The translations under genes were made by a program, and so were the position numbers. Source: Eledone cirrhosa (Eukaryota). From it: 64,000 nt of DNA. The stretch is from the NCBI GenBank assembly GCA_964016885.1, contig OZ024743.1:201934001-201998000 (forward strand), in the 5' to 3' direction. The notes under the pieces were generated by a model. That model was not told the origin of the DNA. It did no database searches and worked only from the letters and a program-made list of their open reading frames with translations. Shown piece after piece: positions 1 to 13,829 of this stretch; position 1 is the stretch's first letter, and each line of letters begins with the position of its first letter.

Positions 1-20
1 CTGGCCAAATCAAGAATAAC

Positions 21-582
21 ATAATTAATACAATAACAGAGATAGCTTAACGCTAAACTCCGACTGGTAACCATCTCACTCAACAAACATTAGGTTATAT
101 GTTAGTATAACCCAATTTAAGTGTTTGGGTGCTAACTATATGTATTTTGTGGAAGCCAGTTGTATTATTTTATGAGATATAATTAAAGTTAAAATATATC
201 TCTCTTTCCAAACAATTGTTTCATTATAAGTTTTCTACAAATTAGGAGAATGTTTCCAGTTTATGTAGAAGCCTAACATATATTCATGTAAGAATATATT
301 TAGGTGGGCACTTATAAATCTTCAGTGGAAGCCCATTAAACTTTGAAATAAGAAAAAAATCTTACCGCAGTTAAAAATCGTGTCCGCTAAGCTGCTCCTT
401 CACGCATCGAATGACCGCCAAATTTGAAATTCCAGCAGTCTTTTGACTGAGGAAGTTTCATAACGTCACGAAGCGGGAAAGGGAGACAACCACGACACGA
501 GAAAAGGAAAAAATAATAATATACACTCGGGTTAATTAGTTTTTTCAAAAACATTATCAATCCAACGTGTTAAGAACTCAAC
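21..582 (-). mobile_element. Non-coding PLE pLTR-like repeat, family F1 (inverted copy of ~18810-19375)
   Basis: Reverse complement matches 18810-19375 at high identity; carries a hammerhead motif; no ORF. Confidence 0.65.
206..330 (-). ncRNA. Type I hammerhead ribozyme, family F1, branched stem II
   Basis: Minus strand TTCCA-CTGAAGA-T TTATAAG...CTTATAA T-GAAAC AATT GTT-TGGAA. Differs from the 19064 copy at free core position 7 (A vs T). Confidence 0.8.
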
Positions 583-734
583 ACGGACGCTCTATCTCAA
601 AATTATTTTTGAAAAGCATTTAGAAATGCGCATCCGGTAAACACTTAAAACCACAACTGAATACTAACCAATACAATTACTAATACTCTTTTATTCCTAA
701 TTAAAGTATTTTTCAACTGTGAACAATTTGTCAA

Positions 735-1130
<396 letters not shown>

Positions 1131-1550
1131 TACATGGTGGGTGTGGGTGTTTGTATGTGTGAGAGAGTATGGCCCGTTACTGTGAGGTTGGAGGAACAAG
1201 ATGACAAGATGTATATATAGTTAACAATAGTTAAAGTTTCTGACCAAAGACTAATAATAGTAGTGGTATTAATAATGGTAAGCAGACAGTTTGTTGGGAG
1301 TGTGAAGAAATGTGGGCAAAAGTGGGGGATATATGTTGGATGCCGTTGCGAGTAGTTAAAATGAAATGTAAACAATAGATTGAGAATAAATGCAATTGTT
1401 TCTAATTTAGGAATAAGGGCAAGCATTTTTCGCAGAGGGGAAACTCAATTAAATCGATTCAAGGGTTCGTGTTCCTTTTTTGCTTGACTCCGGAAACAAG
1501 ACCTCGGAGGGAATTGAAGAGTTTAGGCAAATAACTGTAACTAAATAAAG

Positions 1551-1650
1551 GTTTCTGATTGAGGCACTAGACTAAGAATTTTGAGGTAGGGGAAAGTTAG
1601 TTAAATCGACTCCACCCTTACGAGTAGTTTATTTTATCGACTCTGGATGA
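1551..1650 (-). mobile_element. Degenerate SINE 3' fragment
   Basis: Minus strand CATCC..GTCGATAAAATAAA..GTCGATTTAA..CCCCT..CAAAATT..GTGCC..GAAAC resembles the repeat at 33130 and 60979. Confidence 0.5.
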
Positions 1651-1784
1651 CTTTTGGCAACATTTGATTAGGGAATGTAAAGTATGTTTCTGAAAAATAT
1701 ATATAATGAAGAAAATAAACAGAAGCCCGTAAAGATTAGATGATATTAATGTCAAATTAAAATCACCAATAGTAATAAATAAAA

Positions 1785-2075
1785 ATATAATAATAGAGAA
1801 ATTTATTACCAAAAATTCTAAATTTTGAAAAGTGGAATATTAATTTTAATTCCGTTATAAGATTCTGAAGTTTAAATTTTTTAATATTGAGTTCCACGCT
1901 TATTACATACTAATTTTATTTATTTATATAATAATAGAAGAATTTATTAGCAAAAATTCTAAATTTTGTAAACTGGAATGTTAATTCTAATTCTGTTATA
2001 AGATTGTGAAGTTTAAATTTTTTAATATTAAGTTTTACTCTTATTACATTATAATTATTTTATTTGTTTATATAC
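1785..2075. repeat. Two diverged tandem copies of a ~143 bp AT-rich unit
   Basis: AATAATAG..AATTTATTA.CAAAAATTCTAAATTTTG..GTTATAAGATT..GAAGTTTAAATTTTT occurs at ~1790 and ~1930. Confidence 0.8.
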
Positions 2076-2316
2076 TATTAGATAATTAAAATCTTCCATT
2101 CCCATTATGCCAAACCCATGACTTCCAAATATCTGATCCACCGAAACTCAGCTGTTTCGGACAATACCAAAATCAACATACTGATTGCGGATTTGGTACG
2201 GGTGATGAGAAACGTGTGATGAGAACTAGAGAGACACATACAATACTTCATCCACCGGTTACAATCAGAGAGATAAAATCAGAGTATATAGAGGAGCCAG
2301 AACCAAATGGTAAAAA

Positions 2317-2934
2317 ATGGTAAATAATGACACAAATGGGACCTGCCCCTTGTATAGGAGCAAATTTTGGAATAGAATAGAAAGAACTAGGAATAAGGTT
2401 AATAGAATAAACTCATGGTATGATAGCAATAAATACCAGAGTGTAATGTTCATCGATACAACGCCTAGAGGTGAATTAGCTTACAAATTTAGAAGGGCCC
2501 TAGATAAACATAAACTCAATATTAAGATAGTAGAAAGACCAGGTACCTCCATAAAAACACTTATTAGCAACACATACCCTTTTCAAAGACCTCCCTGTAT
2601 AGATAAGAAATGTATAATCTGTAAATTAACTCCCCATATTAACTGTAAAACTAGAAATGTAGTATATAGCATAAGATGTACTGAAGGACAATGTAGAGAT
2701 AAGAATATAGTGTACATAAGTGAGACAGCTCGTAGTATAGGGGAACGGATAAATGAACACTGGCGAGACCTTCAAGATAGTAAAGAATCATCTGTACTCT
2801 ACCAACATGCTAAAATAGAACATAAGGGTAAATTAGAGAACATAGAAATAAAAATAGAATCTACACACAGAAAAGATGCAATGTTTAGACAAATCACAGA
2901 GGCATTAAACATAAATGAACTCCAACCAAATTAA
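2317..2934 (+). pseudogene. PLE C-terminal linker and GIY-YIG endonuclease fragment
   Basis: CIDKKCIIC..NCKTRNVVYSIRC..C..VYISETARSIGERINEH..SVLYQH..RQITEALNI. Confidence 0.88.
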
Positions 2935-3179
2935 ATAGAAAACATGAATGGAACAGCAGCATCACAACTTACAATTAAGGACAAAATGAAAACACACACG
3001 CACATAGAACAAACAACCAACCAGTAACATGTAAATAAACAAATAAATAAACAAACATAAACACACACACAGACACCCGGATGTAACACATGCGCAAAAT
3101 AAGCACACAACACACACAAAAACAAGATGGCGTAGAACAGAACAAAGGAGAGGCACAAAAACAAAGAAAAGAATCCCCA

Positions 3180-3222
3180 GTCACTGAAGAGGTTACAGAA
3201 TGTGTGACGAAAGAACTTTGAC
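3180..3222 (+). ncRNA. Minimal type I hammerhead ribozyme, family F2
   Basis: GTCA-CTGAAGA-G GTTACA GAATG TGTGAC-GAAA GAAC TT-TGAC. Confidence 0.8.
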
Positions 3223-3428
3223 AACATATAAACAATCATTTGGTTGTGGAACCAACTAACCAACCGGAAATTTATAAATTCCTAAATTTATAAATTTATT
3301 ATAATAAATTGAAGTGAAAGCACTGGTGCGTGTGTTTCTTATTGGCAACATGACCCTCCCAAAGTTAACAATATCGGTTTCAACACACGTTTTCAGATAA
3401 AGAATCTTGCTAAACAAATTCAGAAACG

Positions 3429-3475
<47 letters not shown>

Positions 3476-3482
<7 letters not shown>

Positions 3483-4837
3483 TATAAAGCTGACGGCCGT
3501 ACGTAGGTAACAAACTTTCCGCCAAACAGCTGGACAAAACAGCACCAAATTTGCACCAAAGATGTAACTTTTTCGAAGTAAAAAAGTGAGGGTATTTTTG
3601 TCTACAGAATTTTGTTAAAAGATTAAAGACATTATTTAAATATTCACTTCTTTAAAATTTCAAATGTCATCACTTCCGGTTATACGTCATTCCTCACTTT
3701 TTCTTATGACGTCGCACAACATTCCCCTTTTTTCTTAGTCTCTATGTCTGGCTGTCTGCATTAGATAGCGTTTTTCGAAATATTTACTTCTGCGTTCACA
3801 GACTGATTTGTTTTATTTTCAGAAGTTCCCGTTAAAGGTGGAAGCAGCGATTCTTTGCTTCAACTTTAATCTGTTATTTTAATATATATATTCGTCTACA
3901 GATGTTTTTGCATACACAAAAACAAAAATCTATTTATTTCACGAAAACACAGACAGCTTATCGTCATTCAGCTGTTCGAGTTTAGAGGACGACAGTCTTT
4001 CCAAGATCTGAGAACCACCAATGGCCATCAATGTTCCACTTACCGATTGGCTTGCCAGATGCGTGGTATGTTACACGATGACAGCCATTGGCACATCACC
4101 CTGCAAGAAGCAGCAACTGCTAAAGTACCTTCTCAGATGGGAAAACCTTTTGCTATTATCCTGCACAACTGCGATCTCGCCGACCCTCTCGCAATGTGGA
4201 ACAACCACCGCGAAAGTCTAGCTGAGGATATCCTCCACCGCACACGCAGACACAACCCGAACGTAACATACGATGTCGTTTTCTATGAAGCGCTCATTTG
4301 TCTTGAAAACAGTGTCCTGGAGATTGTTGGTAGGCCTCTAAGTCACTACAGCGTGCCTGCTCCTGACAGGAGTGTTCAGAGATCAACGTCTACATAGCTT
4401 CTCCGCGCGACTAGCTACGAAATCAGTGTTTCTCCCATGGTCAATTATATGTAGGATGCTATAGGGTTAGCTCGTCAAACAATCTCTTCATCTTTGCTCC
4501 GGAGGGCCGAACAAAAAATATTGTATATTCTGACGCTCTAACAATGTAATTTAAATATTTTCTGTTACTTGGAATATCCATTATGGTTGTACAATTTATT
4601 GTTTGTTAAAAATGTTGTTCTCTGTTCAGCCTTTATTGTTGTAACTATCAATTTTCTTTAACGTACTAGCTGCTGAACTGTGAAATGCTAAAAACTGTTC
4701 AAACCCAACATCAGAGCACGTTACCCCGCCCCCCGCCCCCTCTCTGACTTGAGAGGGCGTGCGGTATCTTTGCACTAGAGTGTAGGGGGGATACCTGTAA
4801 AGATAAAATGCCTGTAAACCTAGCCAGGCGCCAGCTA

Positions 4838-4838
<1 letters not shown>
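3476..4838 (+). mobile_element. Internally deleted Helitron carrying a RepHel fragment and an inserted F5 PLE end (3770-3885)
   Basis: Helitron-like 5' start TATACACTATAAAGCTG..CACCAAATTTGCAC; 3' GC-rich segment ending GCCAGGCGCCAGCTAG|T; internal RepHel homology. Confidence 0.75.
3980..4397 (+). pseudogene. Helitron RepHel fragment (region between Rep and Pif1-like helicase)
   Basis: RGRQSFQDLRTTNGHQCSTYRLACQMRGMLHDDSHWHITLQEAA..PSQM..FAIILHNC..DPLAMW..ESLAEDIL matches the recognisable RepHel linker pattern. Confidence 0.85.
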
Positions 4839-5523
<685 letters not shown>

Positions 5524-5814
5524 CACAAATATTCAATGTTTATATAAATATACACATTGAATATGTACATATGTAAACATCAAATTGACGTATTTTCAAG
5601 TAGATTGAAAGATCTGAAGGACAACTACAATCAATTTTTAACTGCTGTTGATGTGTCATCAGCGGACATCTTCATCAACACACAACCAGTGGGGATACGT
5701 TACCCGTGACCTTATAACGTCTATCAATTGTAGTAGGGATCATAGAAGATGTACGAATTTGCATGTTATTAATGTTTGTCTGGCACTGAATGTTAATAAT
5801 ATGTATTATATTCT

Positions 5815-6112
5815 GGTGGTGGCAGTGGTGGCAGTGACGGCATTGATGGTGGTGGTGGTGGTGGTATTGGTGGCAGTGATGGCATTGTTGTTGTTGTTGG
5901 TGGTGGTGGTGGTGGTGGTGGCAGTGATGGCATTGATGATGGTGGTGGTGGTGGTGGTGGCAGTGAAGGCATTGATGGTGGTAGCAGTGGTGGCAATGGT
6001 GGCAGTGATGGCATTAATGGTGGTTGTGGTGGTGGTGGCAGTGATGGCATTGATGGTGGTGGTGGTGGTCGTCGTCGTCGTCTTCGTAGAGCTGGTGGTA
6101 TTGGTGGTGATG
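5815..6112. repeat. (GGT)n-based minisatellite with recurring GGCAGTGATGGCATTG
   Basis: Directly visible; produces poly-V/P/T pseudo-ORFs. Confidence 0.9.
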
Positions 6113-7555
6113 GTTTGCTTTCTTAATTGTTGCATAGAATATTTATAAATTTTGTTATTTTCCCACAATTAAGGAAACTCCATTTTATATTTAAACCATC
6201 ACTAATCGAAAGTGATATATCTCGCACTCCATATAAATTACGTAGAATACATTAAACATAAAGAAATAAGACAAGACCAGAACAAAACTTACCCGACAGC
6301 TACACCAGGTTGTACAGTGGAAACACAATGTAAATACACTACTAAAATTTAATTTAAAAAAACAAAAAAAAAACAATGTTGTTTTTGTTCGAGTCGAAGT
6401 GAGAGTATATTAGAATACATATAAAAATGTGAACGCCGTTGAAACAGCTAAATGTTGTCAAAGACTTGTCTTATACATTGCTTTTCTTTATTTCCTTCTT
6501 CCAGTCACTTCTATGCGCCAACACACTTCTCCATGTCCTCTTCCTCTTTCAATCTTTTCTATATTTCATCTGCTTGTCACCCACCTTGTGGATTGTTTCT
6601 CTGTTGAGCACTGGCCGTTGGTCGATCTGCTCTGAGGCATTTTTGCCCATCGTTGTCTTTGACAACATTTAGCTGTTTTAAGGGCTGTTCTAGCGATGCA
6701 TGTTTCCATTTATATATGTATCAATTAATAAATTAACAAAGTACTAATATGATATACCCTGGCCCTTTAACTCCTTATTGAGTAATAAACCTTAGTGATA
6801 TACGATATATCCTAAGCATTTGAACTCGGTGGAGACCATCTCTCTCTATGCCTGAACATTACAGAGTTTTTCCTTTCAGAAAAAGAGAGTAAAGTAAAGA
6901 GAGAATGGGGAGAAAGAGAAAGAAAAAAATTGACCTCAGTTCGGGAGTGATACTTTTTCACTGACATCGAAAAAATGAAATGTAATGTTGGTCTCGGCGG
7001 CATTCTATCCGATTTTCTATCCCCTCTACCAATTCCCAACCTAAGATATACTTTACAATACACTTAAAAAAATACTAAAAGAACAATAATGAAAATTATT
7101 TTCTGACATATGTAAATCAAATGTCTTTGTCTATCTGTCAAGCTCTTTGTCTCTCTCTGTCTTTCATAATATACTTTTCCAGTTGACTCAATATGCCTGT
7201 TGAGAATGTTATCATGTTTTACCTCAAAATAGACACATATTTTAGACACAGAATAGCAGAAATAAATGAAAATAAATCTTCGAGAAATTCATACTAAAAT
7301 AAAACTGCGTGCGTCTCTGTTTACAAAGCAAGATGACTAAACTGCCGTATTATATTTTTAAAAGATGTTATTTCAATAAAAAAATAATAATATCGGGGAA
7401 GACAATGATAATGATGATAGTGATGCCAATGATGATGATGATCATCATCATAATAAATACTTGTGTATGTATGTATGTATGTATGTATGTATGTATGTAT
7501 GTATGTATGTATGTATGTATGTATGTATGTATGTATGTATGTGTATGTATGTATG

Positions 7556-7589
<34 letters not shown>

Positions 7590-7683
7590 TATATATATAT
7601 GTGTATATGTATGTATGTATATATATATATATGTGTATATATATGTATATATATATATTCATGTGTATATGTATATATATATA

Positions 7684-7742
<59 letters not shown>

Positions 7743-7747
<5 letters not shown>

Positions 7748-7774
7748 GGAAGTACAGGAAATGTATATGTTTTA

Positions 7775-7852
<78 letters not shown>

Positions 7853-7877
7853 ATATTTTATATACATACACACACAA

Positions 7878-7951
<74 letters not shown>

Positions 7952-8240
7952 GTATGTTTGTCCGTCTGTGTGTGTAATTGCATACAACGTTTGAATAAAT
8001 AGAATATGAAGTACTAATGGAGGAATTCTTGTATTCAGACATGTCGACAAAGCTTTATGTTGTCAGATATTTTTCGCATTTTGTTTGTTTTCGAAAAATA
8101 AAGAAATGAAAAAAACTACACTTAAATATAAAGGCTAAACTATAAAAAATATATATTTCCTGTACTTCCGGTACCTATTTGACAATTGTTGTACTCATTC
8201 GATAGAATATGAATCTCAATATAGAGTTATGAAGGGATGT
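7743..8240 (+). mobile_element. Possible DINE-1/HINE-like non-autonomous element, interrupted by microsatellites
   Basis: Inverted repeat TACCGGAAGTACAGGAAAT (~7744) / ATTTCCTGTACTTCCGGTA (~8155) and a GTTTGTCCGTCTGT tract, a layout typical of Helentron-associated elements. Confidence 0.45.
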
Positions 8241-8447
8241 ATTTTTTAGTCGATTTCCTCTCCCCAATCTTGTCGTTACTGAATAGTTGTTGGGATTTGT
8301 TGTTGTTGTAGCTCTGTTCATAGCTATTAGCTTTTGTGGTTGTAGTTGTTGTCGTTGCCATTAGCTTTTGTAGTTATTGTAATTGCTATTGCTATGATTA
8401 TTATTATTTTATTTTATGTCAAACCTCGTGCTTAATAAAGAAAACAA

Positions 8448-8511
<64 letters not shown>

Positions 8512-8521
8512 GTTATTGTTA

Positions 8522-11500
8522 TTCCTTGAATCTCAGTCATTGATGTTGGTTAACTGGAAAGTCCGTTGGATTGAATATCAAGCCACTACCTGCAGCCTCA
8601 GATATTCAGGACGTATCGGAGGGTTCTTGCCGTTCCAAGCAAGCATGCCTTTTGAAGCGTTCCAAAAAGCGTGAAGGGGCCGATTTTCTTTAACCATCCC
8701 TGGAAACCTTTGGAGATAGTCCCCAGTGCGCCTATGACAATCGGGATCACTTTGACTTCATGGCAGTTCCAAATCCTTTTCACCTCCCACTTTAGGTCCT
8801 GGTATCGGTTAATTTTCTCCCTCTCCTTCTCTTGCACTCTCGTGTCGAACGGGCAGGCCACATCCACAATCAGGCACGATCTTTTTTCTTTGTCCACAAC
8901 CACCAGGTCAGGTCTATTGTGTTCCAGTTTTTTGTCCGTCTGTATCCTAAAATCCCACAGCACCTTCACCTGACTGTTCTCCATCACCGCCTCTGGCCTA
9001 TGCTCATACCATTTCTCAGAATGTGGTAGATTGTTTACTTTGCACAGGTGCCAGTGGATCACCCTGCCCATCACATCGTGTCTCCAGCCCTTATAGTGGG
9101 TCTGGGCTAGGTGTTTACACTCGGACACAATGTGAGCCACAGTCTCCTCTCTCTCTCCACAGATCCTGCACAGTGGGCTAGCCTCCTCCTTGTAGATATG
9201 GTGCTTCAACCACTTCGTTTTGAGGGCCTGCTCCTGCGCAGCCATTAGCATTCCTTCTGTAGCCTTTTTGAGGTCTCCTCTTCTCAACCAGTTCCATGTC
9301 TGTGGATCTCTAAATTCAGTTTTCTCAAAGAAGGTACTATGAAGGGATTTTCCCTTAAGGCTGCTCTTCCTCCTTGATGTTATTTCCTCCTTGGGTATCC
9401 CCTGGCCTACTCTCCCCTCCTTCAGTACAGCTCTGAGCATTGGCTCCTTACTATAGGTCACGTATTTGTATAGGTTGTTTTTCTCCATCTGAACACAGTC
9501 CTCTATGCTGATAAGACCTCTTCCACCCTCAGATCTCCTTAGGTAGAGTCTATCGACATCACTCCTCTTGTGGAACATGTTGTAGATAGTCAATAGCTTC
9601 CTAGTCTTCCTATCCATTTCTTTTTGTTCAGCAACATTCCATCTCAGAATTCCCGCACTGTACCTAATAATAGACACAGCTCGGGAATTTACTGCGCTTA
9701 TGGCATTTCTGCTGTTCAGATGTGACTTCAATACGCTCCTTACTCTCCGAATGTATTCAGTTCTTAACAATTCCTTCATTTTTTTGTTCTTTATGCCATC
9801 AGCCTCCAGAACGCCCAAATACTTGTATCCTTCCTCAGAGTCAATTTCCTTTATCATCTCACCTGTTGGTATCTGGATCCCGTTACTTCTGCTCAACCTA
9901 CCCCTCCTCATCACAATGACTCCACATTTACCAATACCAAACTGCATACATATATCACTGCTGAAAATACGGACAGTGTCAACAAGCACATCCAACTCCT
10001 TCTCACTTTTCCCGAAGAGCCTAAGATCGTCCATGAAGAGGAGGTGATTGATGGTAAGCTCTCCCCTTCCCAACTTGTATCCTGCTCTCACTTTTCGCAG
10101 CATAATGGTCAAGGGCATCAGGGCAAGGACAAACAACAGAGGGGACAGGCTATCTCCCTGGAAGATACCTCTCTTGATCTTCACGCTTCCCAAGGATACT
10201 CCAGTTGATGTCAACTCTGTCTCCCAGGACCCCATACTCCTGCCCAGCAACTCTCTGATGTTATCTGCCACCCTGAAGATCTCCAGGCTTTTGGTGATCC
10301 AGGAATGAGGCACCATGTCAAATGCCTTTCTGTAGTCTATCCATCCCATGGCAAGATCAGTGTGTCTCCTCCTGCAATTCCCCATTACCATCTTATCAAT
10401 AAGCAACTGGTCCTTTGTACCACGTGACTTCTTTCGGCATCCTTTCTGTTCGTCCGGCAACAAGTTGTTTGTGTGGAGGTGATGGTAGATTTCCTCAGAC
10501 ACAATGCTCGTCAACAGTTTCCACATTACGGGCAGACATGTGATAGGTCTATAGTTGGTAACATCATTACCCTTGATTCGGTCTTTCATTATCAGAACTG
10601 TGGTACCTTTTGTCAACCACTCTGGCACCTCACCCGACACCAAGCAGTCATTGAACATGGCCGTCAGCTTCGGGTGGAGGGATGTTAAATGTTTAATCCA
10701 ATACCCCTGCACACCATCTGGGCCTGGTGATTTCCAGTTGGTTAGTTTTTTGGCTTGCCCCTTAAGAGTTTCAACTGTGATACTCAAATCAGTCTGTTGC
10801 TGTGCCTGCTCACCGATCTCCCTCTGTACTGTCTCAATCCACCCTGCCTGGGCATTGTGTCTAACATCCTGCTCCCATATTCCTCTCCAGAATGTTTTAG
10901 CTTGTTCCGCCCCAGGGATCAAGTCGGTGCCTCTTTCTTTCCCCTCAAGCTGTCCAAACAGCATCTTCTGGTTGTTGTCGAACATGCGGTTCTGTTTATA
11001 CTGACTGACTCTGTTCTCGTATCGCCTGATTTTGGCACTCTTTGCTACAATGCGTTGCTTCAATTCCTCTATGATAATATTTAGCTTTTTACTCCTAGTT
11101 TTGTATTTTATTTCCAGTCTATTTTTAGTGCCTATGTTTTTTAGTGTCCCATTCAGTAGTGACTCAAGCTTTCCTATGTCATTTCTCATTTCCCCGATTT
11201 GCCCACTCAGTCGCTTCTTCCACCACGGCTCTGCTCTTTCTTGTCTGTTGTTTCCTCTCGCTTTTATACCAAGTAGTTTCCTCACCGTATTTGCTGTTGC
11301 TTTGAGGATATTGTTGCACTGGTGAAGACTCCTCGCCTCAAGGTATGGGATGACTTTGTTTACCTTAGCTGTTGTTTCTTTTAACTTTTTCCTGTCTACA
11401 AATCTTAGGTTCATAGGTCTCCCACTATCATTGTTCAACTCATCTACCACTAAATTTAGGATGTCAACCGAATCTTGTCCTAGCCCGTCAGCATTCATCT

Positions 11501-12332
11501 CCTCAGTGGCCGTATCTCTGTTCCAGGTATTATTTATCTCAGTATTCAGATCATTGTCTGCTTCGGGTGGTTCCTCCGCTCTCAGGACCTCCTCACCTTC
11601 ATTTCCCGCCGGCTCGCTTGTCTGGCATACTACACCCGCCATCTCCAAGCCATTCTCTCTGCTCAGTTCCTCCAGTTCCAGCTCGCTTATCCACCCATTA
11701 GTTCTTATTACCCGAGCCTGCCCGGCCAATTTTTGTTCATCTAATTTAAATAAACCAATCTCGTTCCAGATGTTATGCATCCGTCTCCTGTAGCCCCTCT
11801 CCTTGGGGTTACTTTTCAGGTAGCATTGCATAACAGTTCTATTCAATTCTTTCGTCCAGTTGGTTCTGGCCCCTTTCCTTCTTCTTCTTCCTCCAACATC
11901 AGCAGTATTTCGTTGACAGTCAGGTTCCTGCTGCTGAGCCAGGGGGCACCTGTTGGGTGAGAGTCTGTCACATGACGTTCTAGTCTCCATTTCACCGTTA
12001 TTCGAACTGTTTATGTTCGATATTTAAACACTCTTATCGAGGATTGGCGAATGTATGTTTACATAGCCATCTGTGGATCCGCCATCCCACTTGGCCCTTG
12101 TGTGGCATTATCACCACGCTGTATACGGACACACATAAACAAACAAACACACGGGCAGAAAGGGCCCCAAAAATGAATAAGCATAAGTTTCATTGTAATG
12201 TAGTATTCGAATGTCTGACTTAGTTTTTGTTTTTTAAGTTTTACTTTTTCCCCCCTCTTCTCTGTCCGTCCGCCTGCCTCTCTCTTCATTCTTATTTTCT
12301 TTACGTTTTGGGGGTTTCTTTTTTTGTTTTTG

Positions 12333-12336
<4 letters not shown>
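8522..12336 (-). mobile_element. Full-length Dong/R4-clade non-LTR retrotransposon inserted in a (TAA)n tract
   Basis: Single long RT-RLE ORF, short 3' UTR, ~345 bp 5' UTR; (TAT)n on both sides (8449-8521, 12337-12383). Dong elements are known to target TAA repeats. Confidence 0.92.
8598..11990 (-). CDS. Reverse transcriptase, CCHC finger and restriction-like endonuclease (Dong/R4 ORF, 1130 aa, uninterrupted)
   Basis: KSPGPDG, NYRPITCL, IDYRKAFDMV, GIFQGDSLSPLLF, HLLFMDDL; CRICGEREETVAHIVSEC; RPDLVV..IVDVACPFD..KEREKINRYQDL. Confidence 0.96.
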   Translation of the reverse strand: METRTSCDRLSPNRCPLAQQQEPDCQRNTADVGGRRRRKGARTNWTKELNRTVMQCYLKSNPKERGYRRRMHNIWNEIGLFKLDEQKLAGQARVIRTNGWISELELEELSRENGLEMAGVVCQTSEPAGNEGEEVLRAEEPPEADNDLNTEINNTWNRDTATEEMNADGLGQDSVDILNLVVDELNNDSGRPMNLRFVDRKKLKETTAKVNKVIPYLEARSLHQCNNILKATANTVRKLLGIKARGNNRQERAEPWWKKRLSGQIGEMRNDIGKLESLLNGTLKNIGTKNRLEIKYKTRSKKLNIIIEELKQRIVAKSAKIRRYENRVSQYKQNRMFDNNQKMLFGQLEGKERGTDLIPGAEQAKTFWRGIWEQDVRHNAQAGWIETVQREIGEQAQQQTDLSITVETLKGQAKKLTNWKSPGPDGVQGYWIKHLTSLHPKLTAMFNDCLVSGEVPEWLTKGTTVLIMKDRIKGNDVTNYRPITCLPVMWKLLTSIVSEEIYHHLHTNNLLPDEQKGCRKKSRGTKDQLLIDKMVMGNCRRRHTDLAMGWIDYRKAFDMVPHSWITKSLEIFRVADNIRELLGRSMGSWETELTSTGVSLGSVKIKRGIFQGDSLSPLLFVLALMPLTIMLRKVRAGYKLGRGELTINHLLFMDDLRLFGKSEKELDVLVDTVRIFSSDICMQFGIGKCGVIVMRRGRLSRSNGIQIPTGEMIKEIDSEEGYKYLGVLEADGIKNKKMKELLRTEYIRRVRSVLKSHLNSRNAISAVNSRAVSIIRYSAGILRWNVAEQKEMDRKTRKLLTIYNMFHKRSDVDRLYLRRSEGGRGLISIEDCVQMEKNNLYKYVTYSKEPMLRAVLKEGRVGQGIPKEEITSRRKSSLKGKSLHSTFFEKTEFRDPQTWNWLRRGDLKKATEGMLMAAQEQALKTKWLKHHIYKEEASPLCRICGEREETVAHIVSECKHLAQTHYKGWRHDVMGRVIHWHLCKVNNLPHSEKWYEHRPEAVMENSQVKVLWDFRIQTDKKLEHNRPDLVVVDKEKRSCLIVDVACPFDTRVQEKEREKINRYQDLKWEVKRIWNCHEVKVIPIVIGALGTISKGFQGWLKKIGPFTLFGTLQKACLLGTARTLRYVLNI

Positions 12337-12385
<49 letters not shown>

Positions 12386-13141
12386 TGTGGTTGTCGATGA
12401 AGTTGTTGTTGCTGCTGCTGCTGCTGCTGCATTTGTTCTTGAAAGTATAGATTTTCCAAAGTATTCTGATATTTATTGTTTCATTAGAAAAATAGAAATA
12501 AGAAAAGAAAGACGAGGTAGGGAAGCTGCTGGTGGCCGGAGGTGTGTGGGGAGTGAAACAAATAATAAAATCTAACAGAAACCAATTTTAGAAGATACTA
12601 GAATGACAGATATGAAAAAATATCATTAACCGAAAGAATAAAAATATAAATATAAATATTACTAATATTACCAACATCATCACCAACAACAACAGCAACA
12701 TCAAGAACACTAACACCACCAGAAACACCACCACCACCACCAACAATAATACCAACAACAATGCCGACGTCACCGATAACAACGACAAGAAGAAAAATAT
12801 GCAAAAGGATAATGAATTTTGGTTGACAAGATCTTTATGAACGAAAACTCTTTCCTTTGGTAAAAATTATAGAAAATTAAACACATTTTATTGTTGTATA
12901 ATTAACTGCTATAGCATGAGATGAAATAAAACATACAATGTTTGCCTTCAAACTGAATAGGTCGAAGTGAACTTTATAAACATGGGGTTAACAATTTCGC
13001 TACTCAAGCATTTGGTTTCAGGTGTGATCGCAATGTGTGGAATCTTGGAGAAAAGTATTTTTTATTCTCGTGTTGCTCAATATATTTTAAGTGGACGTCG
13101 GGAAACAGAAACTATATGAAAGCTTGTTAAATCTCTCTCTC

Positions 13142-13234
<93 letters not shown>

Positions 13235-13742
13235 CAATCAGCCTACTCGTCGTCAGGCACCAATCACAATCTTTCTGACCTGACCACTGACCATGTGACA
13301 ATTCTTAGCCATTTTCAATTCGTTTGTGGCGGGGATCATTTAAGAAAAATCTTTGTCCAATTGAGTTTATTTTCTGATGATTTCGAAACTCGTTGATTTT
13401 TCCATGATCGGATATTTCCAAAAAGCGAATGAAATCTCCGGTGGTAGAAACATAATTTTGGTATGTTTATGTACATTTTTTCGTCTAACTTTGATTTTGT
13501 ACCTAATTGTGTATGGTTAGCTATATATCTAGTCAATTTCTACGGGTTATTAGAAATACTAGGTAAATCTTCTGTGGCTGTGGGTCGCGGATAAAATAGC
13601 TATCATTTATTTATCTATTGTTTCTTCATAGGTCCATTTTAAACTTATAGCCTCGTTTAATTGATTTTTTATGTGGTTGATTATGCTGATTGGGAGAAGA
13701 AATACTGTATATATTTTATCAAATGATTCTATGGACTTACTT

Positions 13743-13829
<87 letters not shown>

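Larger units (their letters stand above)
2080..3430 (+). mobile_element. 5'-truncated Penelope-like element, family F2 (RT thumb remnant, GIY-YIG, pLTR, tail)
   Basis: Coding remnant homologous to 42100-43060; 3' region homologous to 51484-52086; ends in (TA)n. Confidence 0.9.

Noticed and set aside
5648-6168. Val-rich membrane-like or Pro/Thr-rich protein
   Set aside because: Open in several frames because of a GGT-based minisatellite; no other gene evidence.
13374-13394. CTGATGA TTTC GAAAC TC GTT hammerhead-like core
   Set aside because: No stem II and no convincing stem I; single copy; may be chance or a remnant.
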